A stretch of 64,000 nucleotides of DNA, taken from positions 2,050,985 to 2,114,984 of the forward strand of contig NC_057757.1 of NCBI RefSeq assembly GCF_004010195.1, in the 5' to 3' direction. The stretch is from Chiloscyllium plagiosum (lineage: Eukaryota). Below the pieces are notes generated by a model that was not told the DNA's origin, searched no databases, and saw only the letters and a program-made list of their open reading frames with translations. Shown one piece after another: positions 49,911 to 61,510 of the stretch. The translations under genes were made by a program, and so were the position numbers. Every line of letters starts with the position of its first letter. Position 1 is the stretch's first letter.

Positions 49911-51866
49911 CAGTAAAGAGATGGTGAAAGGATAGGTCAGTTTCAAAATAAGGGATTTCCCCTCTCTTCGTGATCGTTAAGTCTTTGGAATTCTCTTCCC
50001 CAGAGGCCAGAGAGATTGAGTCACTGAATGCATGTGACACTGAATTAGACAGACTCTTGAATCATAAGGGAGTCAAGTTTTATTTAGGGGACATAGGGTC
50101 AGGGGGAGAGAATTGACAGGAAAATGGAGCGCAAGTCACAGGGACATCAGCTACAATCTTATTGAGTGACAGAACAGGATTGAGGGTCCCAACAGCTTCC
50201 TTCTGCTCCAAATTCTCACCCTAAATAAGAAAGCCTGGTGTATATTCCATATCATATGTTTTGTTGTTTGCAAGAGATGAAATCTCAGTTGCTGGAGGTT
50301 GGCAGAGGTGAGCGCAGGGGTGACCTGAATGTCCAGCCAATGAATTCGGCCTAGGGTCAGCATAGGAAAGGGGACACCACTTGTACTGCAGCCAACTCCT
50401 GTTCCTTTTCCTAATATTCTTATCTGATGAAATTGGGGAACTCGCTAATGCAGGGAGTGGCTGAGGTGAACAGCATCAATGGATTTAAAGGGAGTCTGAA
50501 TAAACCTGCAAGGAATAGAGGGATAGGGTGATCAGTGAGATAAAGACAAATGGGTGGAATGTAAAAACCTGTCAGGCTAATATCCTTCCCTTTGCTCCCC
50601 GCTATCTGCAGAGTGCAGGAGATCCTAAACACAGGTCCAGTTTATCCATTTCAATCTAGTAATCCTACAGGGCGATCCCCATAGCTTCTACCTATTGAAT
50701 ACCACTCAAACTGGTCCCAAGGGTGCAGCTAATCACTGGCAAGTCAACAGAGCCCAGTGCTGAACTGAAACGAGGTAAAAGATAGAGGAAATGTTCGAGA
50801 GCTGGCCAGCATTCAAGAGGAACGTGTAACAATCAGGTTCCACTGCAGGAGGTCGCTGTTTGTATCAGTAAGCCACCAGCCTCTCAGCTGCACGGTTGGC
50901 CTTTCCAGATATCAGCATTTATTTGGAGGGGATGAGAGTGGGAATTGATTCTGCTCGGTGTGGCTGGGGAGGGTAGTTCCTTGAGAAGCTGGGCATCCTT
51001 TGTTAACTATTCAAAGAAGCTGATGAAAACTGCATCCCTCCCGCCTCCTCAAAGCTGTTTCATCCCTTGTGCAACTTTGTCCACTGATTCCCCAGTGAAG
51101 ATGGGCAATAAATCCATCGTCCAATAATCACTGACCATTTAACTCTCAAAGCTTCCAGAAAATGTGTGCTTGGCAGTAGGACTGTATACGGAGACTGGGA
51201 AATTGATCAGCCAAGCTCTACACTGTCCCCCATCAAACACTCCCAGGGCAGGGACTGCACGAGGTTAGGTAAACCTGCCCCCACACTGTCTTCTTCAAAC
51301 ACTCCCATAACAGGTAGAACATGAAGTTAGATACAGAGTAAAGCTGCCTCTACTGAGCCCAGAAAACAGCCCCAGGGCAGGGACGGCATGGTGTGATACA
51401 GAGTACAGTTTCCTCTACTTTTTAATTAAAAGTAAAGGTCCTTCTACATTCTCCCCATCAAATACCCCCCAAGCTGCTGCAGCCTGATTCACACTGTCTG
51501 CTTAATGACAATCTACAGCACAACATCAAATCATTATCATTCTCTCCCCTCTGCCAAAGGCATTGACGTTTCGGTCACTCCCAGAGCCCAAGAGACTCTG
51601 AAAGAAAACAGAGGGTAGCCTTTACCTCATCTCTTGAAATGAGTAAAGGACAACTCGTAACTCAATCCAGAAGCCTAGAGAGAGCCGAGGATAAGTCAAC
51701 CTCCCAGACATTTGCAAAAAAACAACCTAACACAAGCAAAGCAACGTTACCTCGGTCACCTGGGAGCGATTTTATTTTGTCGCAATGCACAGATGCTCCA
51801 TCCTAACCTCAATGCACGTAAGGCAGTATTGAGAGTGTCAGTTAGTCCAGCTCTTACACGGAGTCG

Positions 51867-52068
51867 TCACTTTGAACTACCTCCCAGTGTGCTGGCCTGC
51901 GTCGCTGGGCCAGGCTGCTGGGAACAAAGCCACAACTTCATGGAGTTCTCAGCCTTGATGTTGCGGTGGGTCATCAGGATCCCATTGCCCTCGTCCTCGC
52001 TCTCGGCAGGCTCCGGGAACTTGCGCTGCCCCGAGGTGGTGGCCAGCAGGTTCATACGTGGGTGTAGG
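51867..52068 (-). CDS. WRAP53: WRAP53 last coding exon (SLHPRMNLLATTSGQRKFPEPAESEDEG...KLWLCSQ...SSK*)
   Basis: Acceptor ccccttctgcag; TGA at 51869-51867; matches [21 protein letters not shown]. The six exons sum to 883 nt in one continuous frame. Confidence 0.95.
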
Positions 52069-52962
52069 CTGCAGAAGGGGGAGCAAGCCACAGGGTCAAA
52101 GGTTCAACATGTGAGGCAAACAGTAGAATCTTGCTGAGACTGCCAACTCTTACAATAACACTGTGTGTGTAGAGTGCTTTTCAAACTGTCCTGATTAACG
52201 TACTTCACTGGGCGTGTTAAACAAACCGAAACTGAGCCACTTGAGACAACATCAGGACAGGTGACCAACAGCTTTGTCCAAAAGGTAGGTTTTAAGATGC
52301 ACCTTAAAGGAGGAAGGAGGTGGAGGGATTTAGGAACAGAAGTCCAGAGCTTACAGCCCAGGTAAATGAAGGATGGCCATCAACGGTGGAGCCACAGAAA
52401 CAATAGATGTGCAAAATATCAAAAAGAGGAGGGTCAGGGACGTTGGAAGACCTCGAGACTGGAAGAGGTTGTAGAGCTAGGGAGAGTGAGGCCACTAAGG
52501 GATTTTAGAACAGCATCAGAACTTTTATAATGGGCTGCCAGGCCGGGAGCAAATGTCGCTCTATGAGATTGTTGGGGAATACGATGGGATGCAAATGAAG
52601 AGGTGAACAGTCTCAGGTAAGCTCACAATACATTGGAACAAGTCAAGCCTTAAAGGTATGGATAGGGATTTCAGCTACAGATGAGCTGAGACAGGGAAGA
52701 AAATTTGCAGTGTTACTGATGGTGGAAGCTGGCAATTTTGGTTCAGAGAAAGGGAAGGCATGAGTTTAACTCGGTCAAAAATAAAACACAAGCTTTGGTG
52801 GCTCCCTGGACAGTCTAAATAAATTGCAACCCATCGACCTTGCTCAGGATCTTAGCTTCAGATCTTTCTTTTACCCCTGGGCAGGATTGCTGCACACCTC
52901 TCTCTGCATCATCACCACACCCCAAAAAAAAATGTTTCTGCTGAGTAACCAGTGCAGCTTAC

Positions 52963-53106
52963 CTGATCCCGTTAACACAGTCCTGCTGAGTGTGAAACTG
53001 AAGAATGGGATCGAGGATGCAGTCCTTCCCCTCAGTCGGCGTTAGTGTGGTGTCCCACACAGAAACTGTTCCCTCAGTGTTCCCACTGACTACATAGCGC
53101 CCATAA
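52963..53106 (-). CDS. WRAP53: WRAP53 coding exon (YGRYVVSGNTEGTVSVWDT...QQDCVNGI)
   Basis: Acceptor cttcctgcacag, donor AG|gtaag; 144 nt; phase consistent. Confidence 0.95.
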
Positions 53107-53924
53107 CTGTGCAGGAAGGAAACACCAACATCAATTCTTTGCTCAGCAAGCTCACCCAAACATTCACACGATATTAGTCAGATTGGCCTTGGAGGGTTAG
53201 TTAAAGGATAAATATTGGCCAAGACAAAATGGGGACAACTCCCCTGTCTTGTCTGGAAAGAGCCATGAGAGATTTTGTTTGCATGTCCACATTTAAGAGC
53301 ATGGCTAATCAAACTGTACACTGATTTCCACCTTCCTATTTGCCCCCAGTTACCCCTGAACACACAAGTCAAGAAGCCTCCACCACTCACTAAGGAAAAG
53401 AATTTCAAAGAGGGGAAAAGAAACTCATTAGTCTTAAGTGAAAGACTCCTAATTTTAACATTGTGCCTCCTAGTTTCCCCTAAACGGAGCAAATATCTAC
53501 CCCATCATCCCTACCCCACCTTCCTCCAAGAATCTTACATGCATCAAGAAACTACATCTCGTCCTTCTAAATGTCAACACATTTCGACCCAACCTGTTCA
53601 AACGTCTACCGTGCAGTGCCCCGGGTTATTTGGAAATGTCAGCACAGATCGTGTGTTCACGAATCTGGAATGGAACGCTAGCCAGTTTTATCTGCCAACA
53701 TTCACCACTGAAAATTGCCATGTTCACATTCAGTGTCGCTGTCAATAGTCACAATGGACACTAGGAGTCAATCGGGAGCATATCTGTTGGTCCAAATCCC
53801 ATCCACCCCATCGGTTGACCAGTGGGGCCACAGCACTGGCCATAAACACAGTGTTGAAAACTAAACTCCTAATCACTAAACGACCACTAGCAACTCTCCA
53901 AGAAAGACTGAAAGGATTACTCAC

Positions 53925-54028
53925 ACATCCAGATCAAAATACATCCTCTGATTGGTGATCGCTGAGCGGAGCATGGAGAACAGCACTTTGCCAGGCTGGC
54001 GTAGATCCCAGCACAGGATTTCGGGATC
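53925..54028 (-). CDS. WRAP53: WRAP53 coding exon ([34 protein letters not shown])
   Basis: Acceptor ctttccctcag, donor GT|gtgagt; 104 nt; matches the LCWDLRQ...TNQRIYFDLD motif. The ORF track does not show this frame. Confidence 0.95.
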
Positions 54029-54596
54029 CTGAGGGAAAGGAGAAAAAAAAGAGTAGTTTGAAAACAGGCTTTTGGAAATGGAACCGAGTAAACTTCAGGG
54101 AGGTGAACCATGAATAAGTAACAGTATTCAGGGAGTCTGGCAGGTCGTCTGAAAGGATAGAAGTTGGTACCAGAGCACGATATAAAACAGATGGCTCCCC
54201 ATTCACACCCAGGAACAAAGCACAGTATAGCAAAGGAGATCATTCAGTCCATAATGCCTATGCTGGCCCTGTGACGCTGCTATCCAATTAACCTCACTCT
54301 TTTTTCCCCCAGAGCTTTGCAAAAGCATGGCCTTTTGACATCTCAATCCAAATTCCTCTTGAAAATTTTGAAAAGTTCGGCTTTCAGATTACAACAATTC
54401 GCAGGGTTAATAAAAATTCTCCTTTCTTCCTCTGTTTCAGTAACTCACGTTGACTGGACAGCTGGCTTGTGGTGTAGTGATGTCAACAGCATGGGTTCAA
54501 TTTCCAAACTGGTCGAGGTTCGCGTGAAGGACTCTCCTTCTCAACCTCTCCCCTGAGGTGTGGAGACCCTCAGTTAAACCACCACTAGCCAGAATT

Positions 54597-55204
54597 GAAC
54601 AGCACAGAAACAGACCCTTTGGCCCAACTTGTACATGCTAACCAGTTTTCCTAAAGTCATTTAATCCCACTTGCCAGCATTTGGCCTATATCCCTCTATG
54701 GAGAATCTGGGGTATAGGGAGAGGTTGAATGGGCTCGGACTGTTTTCCCTGGAGGGTCGGAGGCTGAGGGGTGACCTCAGAGTTTTATAAAATCAGGAGG
54801 GACATGGAGAGGATAAATAGACAAAGTCTTTTCCCTGGGGTGGGGGAGTCCAGAACTAGAGGGCATAGGTTTAAGGTGAGAGGGGAAAGATATAAAAGAG
54901 ACCCGAGGGTCAACTTTTTCACGCAGAGGGTGGTCCGTGTATGGAATGAACTGCCAGAGGAAGTGGTGGAGGCTGTTACAATTGCAACATTTAAAAGCAT
55001 CTGGATGGGTATATGAATAGGAAGGGTTTGGAGGGATATGGGCCCAGGTGCTGGCAGGTGGGACTAGATTGGGTTGGGATATCTGGTCAGCATGGACGGG
55101 TTGGACCGAAGGGTCTGTTTCCATTCTGTACATCTCTGTGACTCTAAACCCTTCCTATTCATGTACTCATCCCGATGCCTTTTAAGTGTTCTAATTGTAC
55201 TGAC
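54597..55204. mobile_element. Plus-strand CR1 3' end (about 54700-55146) nested in a minus-strand CR1 3' end
   Basis: The host copy breaks at atatccctcta and resumes at aacccttcctattcatg. Confidence 0.75.
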
Positions 55205-55838
55205 CTCAAGAGAGAGAGCGAGCTAAAGGGGAGTGAGAGAGTGATGTGCAGTGACAGTCCTCCCACCATGCTGCATGTAAAGGGTTCACTCACTCTGAGT
55301 GACAGAAGGCAATGAGCTAGTCTGAAGGAAACAGGTACAAACAGAGAACTGTCTTACTGAGTGCTGTCAATTAACCACCGTCTAAAGCAAACAAGACAAA
55401 AGGATTTCAACTCACCTGCAAAGCCAAGAATCCCAAAATTAACTGCCCAACGATCAATGCTCCACTGTTTACTCTCTATCACTGACCCAGAGACTGTTCC
55501 ATATAGCTTTTATCTTATCTTGGACTCGCTTTTCATTTCATGTTACTTTGTATCTTACATTCATATTTATTTTGCAGCTAATAAGCTCAATTTTCTATTA
55601 ACTCAAGAAAGCGAAATGAGATTGGCTGCTTTTGAAACATTAATTCATTTGGTCAGCGAGAAAGACATTCACAAGGGAGCGATCTTTCTAAATTATCCTT
55701 GCTCCGACCAACCCGAGGAAGCAGATTAATGAAGGAGGGAGCCAGTTTATCCTCCTCCCCTGGAAAGCTACTGCGACATCTGGTCATAACGCTCATACTC
55801 AGAGTACCTCCTGGTCCTCTCAAAGACTCCCAGCTTAC

Positions 55839-56047
55839 CTTCCGCCCCCCAGTGTAAAGCAGGTTTCCATCGGGTGAAAATGTCACGTGTGTCACTCCTC
55901 CCTGATGGCCCTGTAAAATGGTGAGCACAGTCCCCCTGTCCCTGGAGTACAGTCCCACTGTCTTAGAGTAGGAGGCACAGGCGTACAGGTCATGCTCTGG
56001 GCTGAAGGCAATGCACGAGATGATCCCAGTCTGCCCCCGTTTCTTCA
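55839..56047 (-). CDS. WRAP53: WRAP53 coding exon ([17 protein letters not shown]...[24 protein letters not shown])
   Basis: Pyrimidine-rich acceptor ending tttccag, donor AAG|gtaag; 209 nt; WD40 repeats matching WRAP53. Confidence 0.97.
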
Positions 56048-56382
56048 CTGGAAAGAGAAAAAGAGAGAGAGAGAGAAAGGCCAGTCAGTGGAATTCTGTA
56101 GTTTTTCATTGCTGGCTGTTCACTGGAAATTGGGGGAGGGGGGGTGCTGTTCTGACAACCTTCCCACCAATGCTGACTGCATTCCCTGCACACTGGCGTA
56201 CCAATCAGCTCTCCCCCCCTCTAGGATCTTGCATCATACCAAGGCTTGGTGAACCAACTTTATAGAAGGTGCTATGGACCACATGCAAAACAATCGTACA
56301 GAACTGAATATAGCCCTTTGGTTGGTCAGTCCTGTGCCAGCTGTTTGAAAAAAAACTATCCAATTAACTCTGTTCTCTTGCC

Positions 56383-57435
56383 CCAGGAGCAACAGAGGCT
56401 GAGGGGTGACCTTAGAGATTTATTAGGTCATGAGGGGCATGGATAGGGTAAATAGTCAACATCTTTTCCTTGGGGTGGGGGAGTACAGCACTAGTAGGCA
56501 TAGGTTCAGGGTGAGAGAGGAAAGATATAAAAGGGATCTAAGGGGCAACTTTTTCACATAGAGGGTGCTGTGTGTATGGAATGAGCTGCCAAAGGAAGTG
56601 GTGGAGGCTGGTACATTTAAGCATTTAAAAGGCATCTAGATGGGTATATGAATAGGAAGGGTTTAGAAGGATATGGGCCAAGCACTGGCAAACGGGACTA
56701 GATCAGGTTAAGATATCTGGTTGGCATGGACGAATTGGAGTGAAGGGTCTGTTTCCATGCTGTACATCTGACTCTTCAAATAACCATTTGCTCCTGCTTA
56801 AGAAGCCAAGGATTCTGAGATCCCCATGATTTCTCGAAGGTCATTACAACTCCAACCAGACAGTATCTATGAAGGTACAATGCTCCGTCAGTAATGGACT
56901 GGAAGTGTCACCCTGGATTTTGTGCCTACGGAGCGGAACATTAATCTACAACTTGCAGACTTGGAGAACTGAATTCAAGATGTACTGGTATTGGAAGCAG
57001 TCCAAAGACGGTTCACTAAATGATACCTGCTCTGGAGGGACTGTCTTGTGAAGAGAGGTTGAGTAGATTGGGTCTGTACTCCTTGGAATAATGAGGAATG
57101 AGAAGAAACCTTATTGAAACATTCAAGATTCTTAGGAGACTTGACAAAATAGATGTGGTGAGGCTGTTTCCCCTTGCGGGAGAATCGAGGACCAGAACAG
57201 AAAATCTCAGAATAAAGGGTGCTTACACATTTAAAACAGAAATCAGGAGGAATTTATTTAATTTTAAAACTAACATTCTTTATCTGTTAAGGATGGGTCA
57301 CTAAGTATAATCAAGGCTGAGGAAATCAAGGGATATCAGGAAAAGGCAAGAAAACAGAGTCGATGGTTAGATCATGATCTCACTGAATGGCAGAGCGGAC
57401 ATATATGGGCTAAATGGCCTGCTTCTATGCTTATG
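56383..57435 (+). mobile_element. Two CR1 3' fragments in a WRAP53 intron
   Basis: RLRGDL / RRNLIETFKILR motifs. Confidence 0.75.
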
Positions 57436-57639
57436 GATGTGATGGTCAAACAAAAAGGAACTCAAAGTCAATTGTGGGCAAGACCAGAGGGAGCAGTAAG
57501 TTTCAGCCCCACGGAATTAAATAGAACGATGGATCAAAGTAATTCCAAACTGACTCAACAACAAACTGATAAATGATCCTTCTAATCAATAAACCCTAAT
57601 TCCCTCAGACCAGTTCTGAAAGAAAGCAGTCAGGCATAC

Positions 57640-57772
57640 CCAGGGTTGGTCTCTTCTCACACTCTCGGCCTGGACGAGATACGTCGAACACCCTCACCAT
57701 CTTGTCAAAGCCACAGAACAGCTGATTCCCATCGGGTGTGAAACAGAGCGAGTGAGCAGACGTCAGCTCATC
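57640..57772 (-). CDS. WRAP53: WRAP53 coding exon ([44 protein letters not shown])
   Basis: Acceptor gcttgcag and donor G|gtatgc; 133 nt; phase consistent with both neighbours; matches WRAP53 DELTAAHSLCFSPDG. Confidence 0.96.
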
Positions 57773-58297
57773 CTGCAAGCAGAACATTCAAACAAACTCT
57801 ACAGCCCAATTGGCAATGGCAGTTACCTCTACTGGTTGACATGCTATACATCCTCTGAGTATCAGATATATTCCACTGTCCCTTGATTACCTCCCACCTT
57901 CCATCACTTCAAATTCATCCAAAACCCTTACTCCTAATGCATTCGGTTCCATTCATTCATCACCGCAGTTCTCGACCCCTCTGATATCTTCACACTCCTA
58001 CAACTCTGGGCTCTTGCACATCGTGATATCTTTTCCTTCAGCTAATCTAAATTCTGGAAATTGACTCGCTAAACTGCTCTGCTTCTCTCTTTCACAAGAA
58101 CCCTTCCCTTAAAATGTAGGTTTTAAATTAAGCTTTTGCCCCAATTCTCCTCAATATCATGTTGCCATATTTTGTTATGATATCAATCAAGTGCATCATG
58201 TAACCATAACAGAAAGTGATACCTTTTGAGTGTACGCCACCTCTCATGTGTACCTGGGGGCCACTCTCTCGTAATCAACCAACTGTAAATATTAACA

Positions 58298-58572
58298 CAA
58301 AATCAGAAATTGCTGGAAAAGCTCAGCAGGTCTGGCAGCATCTGCAGAGAGAAATCAGTTAGCACTTTAGGTCAAGTGACCCTTCTTCAGAATCTGTTTT
58401 TATTTAGTATTTAACTCACTGCCGCATCTCTTCCAGGCATGCTAGGTCTGAGGAAGGATCCAAAACGTTAACTCAGATTTCTCTTCACAGATGCTGCCAG
58501 ACCTGCTGAGGTTTTCCAGCAATTTCTGTTTTCGCTTCTGATTCACAGCATCTGCAATTCTTTCGGTTTTTT
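58298..58572. mobile_element. Inverted pair of a second short repeat family (cagaaattgctggaaaagctcagcaggtctggcagcatctg)
   Basis: Arms about 58300-58392 and 58446-58540 with degenerate hammerhead-like boxes; relatives near 3690, 4840, 13070 and 39200. Confidence 0.55.
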
Positions 58573-58831
58573 ATCTTGTAAATATTAGCTATCCCATTAC
58601 ATGAGGAATCACACAGGAATGTGACCCGCAGAGCACACTGAGTCAGCAGCTGGTCACTGGTTATAATCGGGGCTGCTTGTGCCCTCAAACTTCAACTTCA
58701 ACCCTTGCACAGAATTAGAACAGCAACTCAGCAACATCACACACAACTCCATGTCCTAGGATTCCACCTGTTAAAGCTGCTGGATGTACTTGGTGGAGAA
58801 AGTTAGAAGGTTAAAGCCACCTGGGACTTAC

Positions 58832-58922
58832 CAGGTGATTGTACGGCCGGAACGTGGCCCGTAGGTCCCCGTAGAAAGCGTCCCAGATGTGAATCGGGTT
58901 GTCGCGGCTGCTGCTGGCCAGA
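58832..58922 (-). CDS. WRAP53: WRAP53/TCAB1 internal coding exon ([30 protein letters not shown])
   Basis: Acceptor ttttgcag and donor CTG|gtaag; 91 nt. Translation matches the recalled WRAP53 WD40 segment ([30 protein letters not shown]). Confidence 0.95.
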
Positions 58923-60110
58923 CTGCAAAAGGAATGGCAACAGTACAGAGTTCAGAAGCCATGCTCTGACCCACTGTCTCACCTCACATTTTAGTAGTTA
59001 GAGTGGATTCACAAGGACAAAGAAACTGGCTAACAAACTAAACACGGCTGAGGTGCCGCGTGGGTATGTAAAAAGCAATGCTTTCGTATAAAGCCAACTA
59101 ATAAGAAACCCACAAGTACTGGAATTGTGTACAGCACACAATGCCAACATGGCCCAGGAGGCCACCATTCAGCCCACCAAAGAGTCATATATCATGCAAA
59201 CAGGCCCCTAGTTCAATTTGTCCATACCAACCAAATTTTCCAAACTAAACTAGTCCCATCTGCCCGCACTTGGCCCATATCCCTCTAAACCTCGCCTATT
59301 CATGAACTTACCTAAATGCCTTTTAAATTTTGTAACTGTACCTGCATCCACCATTTCCTCTGCTAGTTCATTCCACACACTAACCACTCTGTAAAATAAA
59401 GTTGTCCCCATGTCTGTTTTTAATGTCTCTTCTCTCACCTTAATCCTCCAACTATTTGCCCAATTTCCTTCTGAAGGCAAATTTTGACAGCATATTACAA
59501 ATTGTTCAATTTTTCTCCCCTGGCCCAAATCTGTCACCTTTGGTTTTCGACCAAACTGCTATATAAACGAAAAAGAACTCTGGGCTCTGGCCTCCTGAGC
59601 AGGGTTACATATTGGGATTGAGCCCCCAATCAGTGACTGCTATCATGGAGCTTGGACTAATTTCCGATAGCAAACGAGATATTTTGGTTATGCGATGTGT
59701 TTTGTTTTGAACAGACAAAAGATAATTCATTAGGAAATAGAACTGGACAGCTACCTGCAATGTAAAAATCTCCAGGGCTGTGAAGAATGGAGGAATTGGA
59801 CTGCTCTTTCAAAGGGCCAGCACAGGCACAATGGGCCGAGTGGTCTCCTTCTGTGCCATAAGTTCGCAGATTAAATAACTTTTCTCATTGCAGGAGAAAC
59901 CAGTCACTTGTTTCAGTCATTCATGGTCCTTTTGCGACTGCGACATTTTATCACTCAAGGAGAACATGAATCTTTTGCCCACCTAACTATGGACCAATGA
60001 AATTGCTTGTATCAAAAGTTGCACGCTCCTGCGATGTTGATAGTGGATTAAGCACAGCAGGTAGTATGTGAGGGACCCTTAAATCCAAACATCAAAATAC
60101 AATAACATTC

Positions 60111-61510
60111 CTGTTGTGGTTCTGTTCGCCGAGCTGGGAATTTGTGTTGCAGACATTTCGTCCCCTGTCTAGGTGACATCCTCAGTGCTTGGGAGCCTCC
60201 TGTGAAGCGCTTCTGTGATATTTCCTCCGGTGTTTATAGTGGTCTGTCCCTGCCGCTTCCGGTTGTCAGTTCCAGCTGTCTGTTGCAGTGGTCGGTATAT
60301 TGGGCCCAGGTCGATGTGCTTATTGATTGAATCTGTGGATGAGAGCCATGCATCTAGGAATTCCCTGTCTGTTCTCTGTTTGGCTTGTCCTATAATAGTA
60401 GTGTTGTCCCAGTCGAATTCATGTTGCTTGTTGTCTGCGTGTGTGACTACTAAGGATAGCTGGTGGTGTTCATGGATGCGGATCGTTAGCTGTCTTCCTG
60501 TTTGTTCTATGTAGTGTTTTGTGCAGTCCTTGCATGGGATTTTGTACACTACATTGGTTTTGCTCATGCTGGATATCGGGTCCATCGTTCTGGTGAGTTG
60601 TTGTCTGAGAGTGGCTGTTGGTTTGTGTGCTGTTATGAGTCCTAGTGGTCGCAGTAGTCTGGCTGTCAGTTCGGAAATGCTCTTGATGTATGGTAGTGTG
60701 GCTAGTCCTTTGGGTTGCGGCATGTCCTCGTTCCGTTGTCTTTCCCTTAGGCATCTGTTCATGAAATTGTATTTGCCAAAAACGGATACCCGCGCAATTT
60801 CATCAACAGATGCAAAGGGAAAGACAACGGAACGAGGACATGCCGCAACCCAAAGGACTAGCCACACTACCATACATCAACAGCATTTCCGAACTGACAG
60901 CCAGACTACTGCGACCACTAGGACTCATAACAGCACATAAACCAACAGCCACTCTCAGACAACAACTCACCAGAACGATGGACCCGATATCCAGCATGAG
61001 GAAAACCAATGTAGTGTACAAAATCCCATGCAAGGACTGCACAAAACACTATATAGAACAAACAGGAAGACAGCTAACGATCCGCATCCATGAACGCCAA
61101 CTAGCTACGAAACGACACGACCAGATAGCCTTAGTAGCCACACACTCAGATGACAAGCAACATGAATTCGACTGGGACAACACTACTATTATAGACAAGC
61201 CAAACAGAGAACAGCCAGGGAATTCCTAGATGCATGGCACTCATCCACAGATTCAATCAATAAGCACATCGACCTGGACCCAATATACCGACCACTGCAA
61301 CAGACAGCTGGAACTGATAACAGGAAGCGGCAGATTCAAGCCACTATAAATGCCAGAGGAAACATCACAGAAGTGCTTCACAGGAGGCTCCCAAACACTG
61401 AGGATGTCACCTAGACAGGGGACGAAACGTCTACAACACAAATTCCCAGCTCGGCGAACAGAACCACAACAACGAGCACCCGAGCTACAAATCTTCTCAC
61501 AAACTTTGAA
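60111..61510. mobile_element. Penelope-like retroelement: inverted (fold-back) pair of 3' fragments with GIY-YIG endonuclease remnant
   Basis: Both arms encode NVVYKIPCKDCTKHYIEQTGRQLTIRIHE on opposite strands. Arms are about 60113-60769 and 60796-61470. Flanking direct repeat caataacattc at 60100-60110 and 61511-61521. Confidence 0.9.
61398..61431 (+). ncRNA. Minimal hammerhead core near the Penelope 3' end (mirror copy at 60152-60185, minus strand)
   Basis: CTGAGGA-T-GTCACCT-AGAC-AGGGGAC-GAAA-CG-TC. The mirror copy has a GCA/TGC stem I. Confidence 0.6.
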
